A stretch of 56,070 bases of DNA, filler included, from Sphacelaria rigidula (lineage: Eukaryota), in the NCBI GenBank assembly GCA_964200075.2. It is 5 parts of 5 records of this genome, joined end to end, with 100 filler letters (N's around TTAATTAATTAA, not from the genome) between each part and the next. Parts side by side here need not be neighbours in the genome. Positions count along the whole stretch, not along the records: positions 44,939 to 56,070 come from CAXNAA020005344.1; 4 more parts are not named here. One strand, written 5' to 3'. Below the pieces are notes generated by a model that did no database searches, was not told where the DNA came from, and was given only the letters and a program-made list of their open reading frames with translations. This document shows positions 49,250-56,070 of this stretch, one piece after another. A program made the translations under genes and the position numbers. Position 1 is the first letter of the stretch; the number at the start of each line of letters is the position of its first letter.

Positions 49250-49320
49250 GTGTTTGTGGAGGAAGGGTGCGATCCTGCCGTAACTAACGACGAAGGAATT
49301 TCTGCCGTGGATTTACTGAG
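49250..49320 (+). CDS. Ankyrin-repeat protein, next exon
   Basis: In-phase continuation VFVEEGCDPAVTNDEGISAVDLL completes the repeat; AG|gtgacg donor. Confidence 0.65.
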
Positions 49321-49791
49321 GTGACGTGACATCCACACGTGATTGGTTGTTTCGGAGAAATGAGATGAAACGAAGCATGGATTAGAAGGGTAACCGTAGG
49401 TCGCAATCGCAGCACCGCCTTGCCCAGTTTGTTCAATGTTTTCTGTCATCTTGGGCAGGGCTTCTGCGATGCGTCCTCGCGGCGATTCCAACGCAAAAGC
49501 AGGCGTCGATCACACTTGGGTACCAGTATACGCAACCTCGGCAGACGTCCCGGGTTGGGTGGTGCGTCAACTCCTCAGAAGGAGCTTGAGAGGGGTTGTA
49601 AGTCGTTGAGCTAGGTATTGCCATTCGACATGTTTTCACCGCGGAGCGTCTTCGAAACTTGCACTACTACAGGAACGGCGGTACATGATTAAATGTTGAT
49701 GCGACGCCCTGCACGATAGCTTCGGACACCAACAGTAGACAGGTGACAGGACAGCCTTTTTTTTTTCTGTTTTCTCTTGGCACCGACGCAG

Positions 49792-49897
49792 CCAAAACTT
49801 TAAAAAGGTGATGGACCTCTTGGCAAGAATCTTGCAGCTGGAAGAGGACGACAAGCTCCAGGGAGTCAGGTCGTGCACACTCACCGCCGAGAAGAAG
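49792..49897 (+). CDS. Ankyrin-repeat protein, probable next exon (3' boundary uncertain)
   Basis: Long T tract plus cgcag acceptor. A phase-2 join gives SQNFKKVMDLLARILQLEEDDKLQGVRSCTLTAEKK. Confidence 0.5.
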
Positions 49898-51013
49898 GTC
49901 TCTTACTGCCGCAGATTGTCGAAATATGCCCTCTATCTATCTTTGACCTCCTACGGTAGAGATGCAGTAGGTTCTGACGAGGGGTATTGTGCCCGTCATC
50001 AGACCTATTGCATTGCCAAAGAACCTGATAGAGAGTCCGAATGTTGGTACTTCCATGTACCAGGCCGAGTATGCAGAAAAATGTGCACACGGAGCACCCG
50101 GGCGCTGACCCTGAGAGTTGGAAGCTTGTTAGGTGACCAGTAACCGGGCGTTTCCGCCCAGAGCTCTCGCCTAGAGATTGGCCAGCTTAAGACTTGTACT
50201 TGTATCGGGCGGCCAACTCGCGAGTTTCCGGCGAGAGTTGTCGCACCACGGGAGAGGTTCTATGTCGGGACATATCCATACTTTTGAAACAGGATGAATT
50301 GTCGAGATACGTTCTATGTGCCTGCCAGTCGGAGTTCTCGGCATATCCGGGAAACATCGTCAGGTAGCATTGAAACGCCTGGTCATGGACAAATGCAGCA
50401 GTGCGTACAAAGGATCCCGCTTGACGTCGCTACTACGTTTCCTCTTCTCGCGTACCTACTTTGCAACGTCGCCCAGGCGTGCTTAATGCAGAAGGGGCGC
50501 GTGATTGGCAAGGTGAACGAGTACCGGTCATTCGCGCACGGAATTCTTTGTTATTTCGTCAAGAGGATGGCTACGGTGCCAGCTCTAGAGGTATCTGCGA
50601 GAAGAGCAACCATATAGTCGAAGGAGAAACCGCAGGCCGATGCGTGGTTTTTGCACAACCCGCCCGATATAACATTACTCAGAGCAGTTATATTGTGCAA
50701 TCACCCAGTATATTCACAATTTAATGCCGTCGCAACGTCTCAAGAGCAATTTAAAAGAACTGGCCAAGCTGATTCGACGCCCGGGCTCTCAGTTCTCAGT
50801 CTGCCACCGCACACGGTCAGGTTTTGAGCGATATTTCACTCGTCTCCACAACGTGAATTGCTGGAGAGTTTTCCGTTTAGCGCAGTTCTGCGCATCCTTT
50901 TGGGCATCTTATAGTATGGACAATAATGTGCACTTGGACTATTTTTTTCCCGCAATGTTAAAGAGCAGGTGAAGGTTTCGAATAAATGATGCACACATGC
51001 CATGTAATTCCAG

Positions 51014-51099
51014 GCGGAGGCCAGGGTTTGTGAAATCGAAGGGCGCGAGATCAACCCCGCTGTGGCCCAAGAGCTGCGCCGGAGTGGAAACATGGCAAG
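51014..51099 (+). CDS. Probable penultimate exon of the same gene
   Basis: ttccag acceptor, AG|gtgtga donor; reads AEARVCEIEGREINPAVAQELRRSGNMAR; phase 2 matches the terminal exon. Confidence 0.45.
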
Positions 51100-51390
51100 G
51101 TGTGAAGAGGAGTTTGAAAATTCAAAACAAACAGGCGAGTAGGGCGTCACTTGGCCGAACTAAATCCGGAAAAGGCAGGGGGGTACGGAGCTTGTCCATT
51201 AGAGTATCGTCCCGGACTTGAATCGAAGCAATACGTCGGCTGGAGTGTTAACGGCGTTGCCTTTATTCCAGAAAAGAGCGGTAATAAGTGCGAACAACTA
51301 AGGAGTGGATCGAGCTTCAGGCGCTAGTTCAACGGCATGTGCATAAAAAATTCCCGTGAGAGTGGTGCAGCGATAGCCCACCGAGAAAAG

Positions 51391-51597
51391 CGGCTGGTTT
51401 GAAGAGGCGAAATCTACGTGCGAATCACAATGACAACAGTCGAGCACACCGAGCAGCCGGGAAACTCCCGTGCTTGGGATCATTTTTGCCAATGTCGCTC
51501 ATTTGAGGCGCTTCATGCAGTCTCAAGCCAGCTATCATGCGCGCTGTATGACCATATTCTCTGTAAAATTTCTGGGGCTGGTCTTTTGGGGGGGGGA
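51391..51597 (+). repeat. Dispersed repeat of about 200 bp, copy 3
   Basis: Aligns with 48110-48315. Confidence 0.75.
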
Positions 51598-51660
51598 AGC
51601 TCTCGCGGCTTCCCTCGTATAACTTAGGCAGAACTTTGTGTGCGTCCTCGCGGGAGGCAG

Positions 51661-52381
51661 GTACCGGGACTTATGCGAGGCGATACGAGATACGAAGCAC
51701 CAGGCTGTGCCCGAGCTGGACACAATTCAACTTGAGTCAACAGCCGACCGATGCACCGGCATCCTACCGGGTCTAAAGCAATCCGCCCCGGTAACCAGAC
51801 GGGACCGCCCGTTCTCGAATGCTACATATCTGCGCACGCCGGGCCACGTAGCTCGCCACCTTGCGGTGCGAATCGCAGATTCGGTGACAGATATGCCAGC
51901 GGACCGTTGGCAGTCTACCGACTCCTTATCCAAGAAAATTAACGATGGCAACGACAATAACCGGGGCGATACGAGCGTCGCGGCTGACGGTGCTTCTGCG
52001 GGGTCAAAACCTCATCCATCGCCGCGCAGACGAGCAGACAGTGGCGACGGAGGTGGCGGTGTCCTCGGCTTCGCATACGGGCGATCACTCATGAGTGCGG
52101 GGTGGCAAGCAACGACCAAACGCGCCCCCGGGCGTGTCATGACTCCGGGGTCCTGGACTCCGTCGGGCTGGGAGGGTTCTGGGGACGGTAGCGTTAGTGG
52201 TGATGCTTGTGAAAAGCGGGTGGTGAAGGGGAGACGCGGTGGATCGTCCGGTCAAGGTACCGGTCGTACTTCTCGCGGGTCGTCGAGGGGAACTACCAGA
52301 AAGGGTCGGGCAGGGCCGGCTGCCGACGGCAAGGGGTACAGCGGACTGTTTCAAATCCGGCCATTTGAGACTCCTGAATAG
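51661..52381 (+). CDS. Probable terminal exon, Gly/Ser/Arg-rich low-complexity tail
   Basis: ggcag acceptor; a 240-codon open frame YRDLCEAIRDTKHQAVPELD...FQIRPFETPE*; GC-rich. Confidence 0.55.
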
Positions 52382-52484
52382 ATGCGCGCTCACCGGCTAA
52401 TCACGGGTCTGACATGTGGTGAAGTTGGTAGTCCGAGACTCCCTCCGGAGTGGACGTAGTTGTACGCACCATGATAGATTATAA

Positions 52485-52765
52485 GGCCCATTATTATCGA
52501 CGTTTTTTTCTTTCAGAGATCTCGGAATTTTTCAGAGTTTTCGGATTCCGCGTTCAAACTTTTCCCGAGAATGAAGTGGCTTGATTTTTTCTCCGAAGCT
52601 TTAGTTTTGGAGAAGTCCGAAAAATTCGAACTGCAGCGCAACGCTCCGGAGAGCTACCCGGAGAATACACCGTGGCACTCGCAAGCATTCGAGAATTATC
52701 AGGTACCTTACCAGTCCCGACAATTTCGGAGATCTCCGAAAAAACAGTGTCGTTGATAATGGGCC
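52485..52765. mobile_element. Tourist/PIF-Harbinger-like MITE (281 bp, TAA TSD)
   Basis: TAA-GGCCCATTAT ... ATAATGGGCC-TAA. Confidence 0.8.
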
Positions 52766-55453
52766 TAATAATAAGGTTGTACTCGTATGAGCGTCAATGC
52801 CTACGTACAACAGTGTGAAGAGTGCAAGCCAATTCCGAAATTTATTATTTCGCGTAGACACAATGGCTTGTTGTTCATCTTTTACTACACTATTGATAGT
52901 TCGATTATCTGTTTCAGCGCCCGCGGCCTCGTGGGCTCCTGGCAGCACCACCCGGAGGATGGTGATACTCTCCCGCCGAAGCAAGCCGCTCGGTCGCTAA
53001 GAAGATTTCGCGTACTGTGTTCTTTGTCTTTGTTCAACTTGTGACCAAGAGGATCGCCGCAGCCCACATTGGGCAGCCAGGTTGAGGTTTTGTTGGACTC
53101 CAGCGTACTTTCCTCGCCTTTGTGGAACGCTCATGGCGAACAGAATGTCTGCGCGGTTTGCGACTTCGTTTCCTGTCGCTCTTATAGTGTCACCGTTGAC
53201 GCTTATAGTGGCGGACATGCATACAAGATTGTAGAGCAGCTACTTGTAATATGTGTGTACAAACACTACCTGGACAGGACATGAGCTACGGTTGTATGTA
53301 TGTGGCAACGCCCTACCGGAATCCGGACCGCTTTTTTAATGTACATGAAGGCATTGTCTCTTCTCTCACCAAAACAATTCCGAACCGAAAAAAAGCCTGC
53401 TGGCATATGGGCGCTGAAGGGGCCAGCAATTAGCAATCCCACCTTCTGGCGGCGAGGTCGTGATGTGTGTGTACTCTCCCAATTTCAATTCATGTCGGTG
53501 TTTGTGACGTTGCGGTCTCGGATTTCGGCGGTGAAACCGGAGTGGCCTCGGCTGGGCCCTTCGTAGAAGTGGATCTAAAATGAAGGTCTGCCGCACGCAT
53601 CCGGGGTTTGGTGATTTGTCGTTGCACGGAAGCGTGAAGTTGTGTTGAAGCATAAATCGTGTTCGTGTTATCGCCGTCGCCCTACATTTGCAAGGGGCCG
53701 CAGCAAGCCAGCGCTGAGACGCGAGCCGCTTCCCGGCAAATTCCCGCTAGGTCGTCCCGCACTAGTCCCAGTCACTACTCGTATCATGCCTGTTTTCAAG
53801 TACACGTACACGACTTGCTTCCCGGTATACCATGGACTATAAGTTGCAAACTACTGTTTCTCGGGCAGATAGAAGACAGCGTCAAGCGTCAAGCAGCTGC
53901 ACGCTGGGCCGAGGGAGCCCATATCGGGAAATGACGGCACCACCACCCCCCAGATCGCCCAAACCTCATTCTGGGGCCGTAGGAGGGGAGGGGGGGGGGG
54001 GGGGTACCCTATCTGAGAAGGGGGAGTACCCCCTGATCGACGGATAATGGCGATAATAGTTGCTGCGTGTATGTGCGCGTCGGTCTTAGAGCACAGATCT
54101 ATGTACGGTACAGAAAATATGCTGATTCCTGCTGTGTTCGACCTGCGTACCAACCGCAGTGTGATGCCTTCGGCGGTACCACCTGCTCACTGCACAGCGG
54201 CAGGGTGCAGGGTGACAAAGCACACCGCAGGACATCACGTCTGTAACCTATCTCTGTCCTGCATTGATTTCGCGCTGTCCTATGCAGTTCGCCACATCAT
54301 GAACCCAGCTGTTTGTATCTGCGGCCAACGTGTACGCCGGATATAACCCCTCGCTACGCGCTATATCGCTACGTCACATTGTGTAAAGCTGTCCGTGTTG
54401 CAGCTACAGCGTGCGTTTGCCCCAGGTGGCGCATGCAGGAGTGAAAGGCTACCTTCCCCCCGCTGTAATAGCTGCTTGTATCTTGGGCGAAGCTGTATGG
54501 TGACACAGTCGCGGCTGGTGCGCCCACCTTCACCGAAAGGTAGATGGAGACCAGAGTCCAGAATAGATGGGGTGACATGGTGTCCAATCCGTAGTTGCTT
54601 GCGTGCTTGTGTAAAGTCAACCCGGCGTGCTCTCAACACAAAATATTTGAAGGGGAGGTTTACAATTTCGATCTGGTGACACGTCACTTCGTTTATATAT
54701 AATAAATAGTATGCTGCTCAAAGAGTCAAACAAATCCTAGCTGCAACATCGCTCCAGTTAGTAGGAGTATGAAGTAGACAAAGTGCTATTAATAGTTTAC
54801 AACTGGGGGTCACTGCTCCCAAACAGCCTGTACAGTCTACCATGGTATGCTGCTTCCGCTCTTTGCACTCTATTGCTCTGTCGTCTACTTACCGTACGTA
54901 CGTTGAGCATAAAAAGTGAACATGGGCTAGGTAGTTCGTTTTTGTGGTGGCCTGTATCCCTCGTTCGAGCCCTGTGCTGCGCTGCTCCCGCTTGCTGCAT
55001 AATTATACCCATGCCCAAACAGATCATCACGGCTTCACTCACGGGTGAATACGAACACTTAGTCTCGCTACACCGGAGTGTCGCGCCCTACGATACGACG
55101 GAGATAAACAGACGTCCAAAGCATAATTGACCTAGCCAATGAAATTGATTGGACGGCATATACGGTCGCAAGAATGAACGAGCATCCGAACGAGCTCATC
55201 AAAACGCGCTACAACTTATCATCTCGAGGGGATGCGTCATCCTACTTCGAGTGCCACACTTCAGGGCGTTTCGGGGCAGCTGTTGCATATAGCTGCTGGG
55301 ACTGTGCAGTTGTTTTGTTGTTTGCATTTCGCTACCGTGTTGGTGTGCCGTTGCTATTCGTTACTGTTGTGCTTCCGCCTGGCGGCTGTGCTGTTGCTTG
55401 TTGCTTGTTGCTGCCGTGCCGCTTTGCCGTTTTACTGGTGCCCCGCTGCTCTC

Positions 55454-55539
<86 letters not shown>

Positions 55540-55632
55540 CTGTTGCTTATTGCTTTGCTGCTGCTGCTGTGTTGCTGCTGCTGCTGTGTTGCTGCTGCTG
55601 CGATCGTTGCTATTGCTGTTGCTGCTGCTGCT
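55454..55632. repeat. (GTT)n microsatellite followed by degenerate (GCT)n
   Basis: About 28 GTT units to 55538, then mixed GCT/GTT. Confidence 0.95.
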
Positions 55633-56070
55633 TCCACCATGCCTCCCGCTACCCTGGTTTGCTGTTGTTGTCCCGCTTGTGGTTTTGTTGTTGTTTTTGC
55701 CCCTGCCGCCTATTGTCGGTTGTACTTTCCTTGCTTGCTATCTCATGTTCTCATATGCACGCGGATTTTCCGCCCCTATGTTCCCATGATTTGGTACCTT
55801 GCTCTAATTTGAACGCACGGTTTTTTTCATTACCACTTAATAGCCGATTTTAAAGTTTGGGGTTCAACACTAAAATGGGGTTGAAGTCGCATTTCTCTAT
55901 CGCAGGGAAGATACGAAAGAGTAACACAGAGTGAAAGTACCTTCTTCCCCAAAACTCCGCAGGAGGAGCTAACCGTTAGACCGCGAGAGTAGGTCACCTG
56001 CTGAATCGGCATCAATATTCACTTGAGAAAAGTACACGTGGTCCAGATGGACTACCGGCACCGCGGTCCA

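Noticed and set aside
55174..55853. Long poly-Leu/Cys/Val/Asn ORFs
   Set aside because: They are reading-frame artefacts of the (GTT)n/(GCT)n microsatellite.
1..56070. Triterpene biosynthetic gene cluster around the OSC
   Set aside because: No P450, transferase or other pathway gene is seen on contig 1, and the other contigs are not shown to be linked.

Overview
Eukaryotic, intron-rich, repeat-dense DNA. The gene structure and repeat landscape look like a brown alga or other stramenopile, but that assignment is an inference. The window is not one locus. It is five contigs of 11137, 11136, 11133, 11132 and 11132 bp, in descending size order, joined by artificial 100-bp N44-TTAATTAATTAA-N44 linkers. 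Contig 1 holds four minus-strand exons of an oxidosqualene cyclase (probably cycloartenol synthase) with MITE-filled introns. Contig 2 is mostly non-autonomous DNA-transposon debris plus a 269-bp tandem duplication. Contig 3 holds a decayed, 5'-truncated Ty3/Gypsy pol (RT, RNase H, integrase); the integrase tail appears to carry a chromodomain followed by a Tudor-like domain. Contig 4 holds the first three exons of an unknown secreted, acidic, Ser/Thr/Cys-rich protein, a tRNA-derived SINE and nested MITEs. Contig 5 holds a multi-exon ankyrin-repeat gene or pseudogene and further MITEs. Most ORFs in the supplied track are spurious. I found no prokaryote-type system such as CRISPR or an operon.
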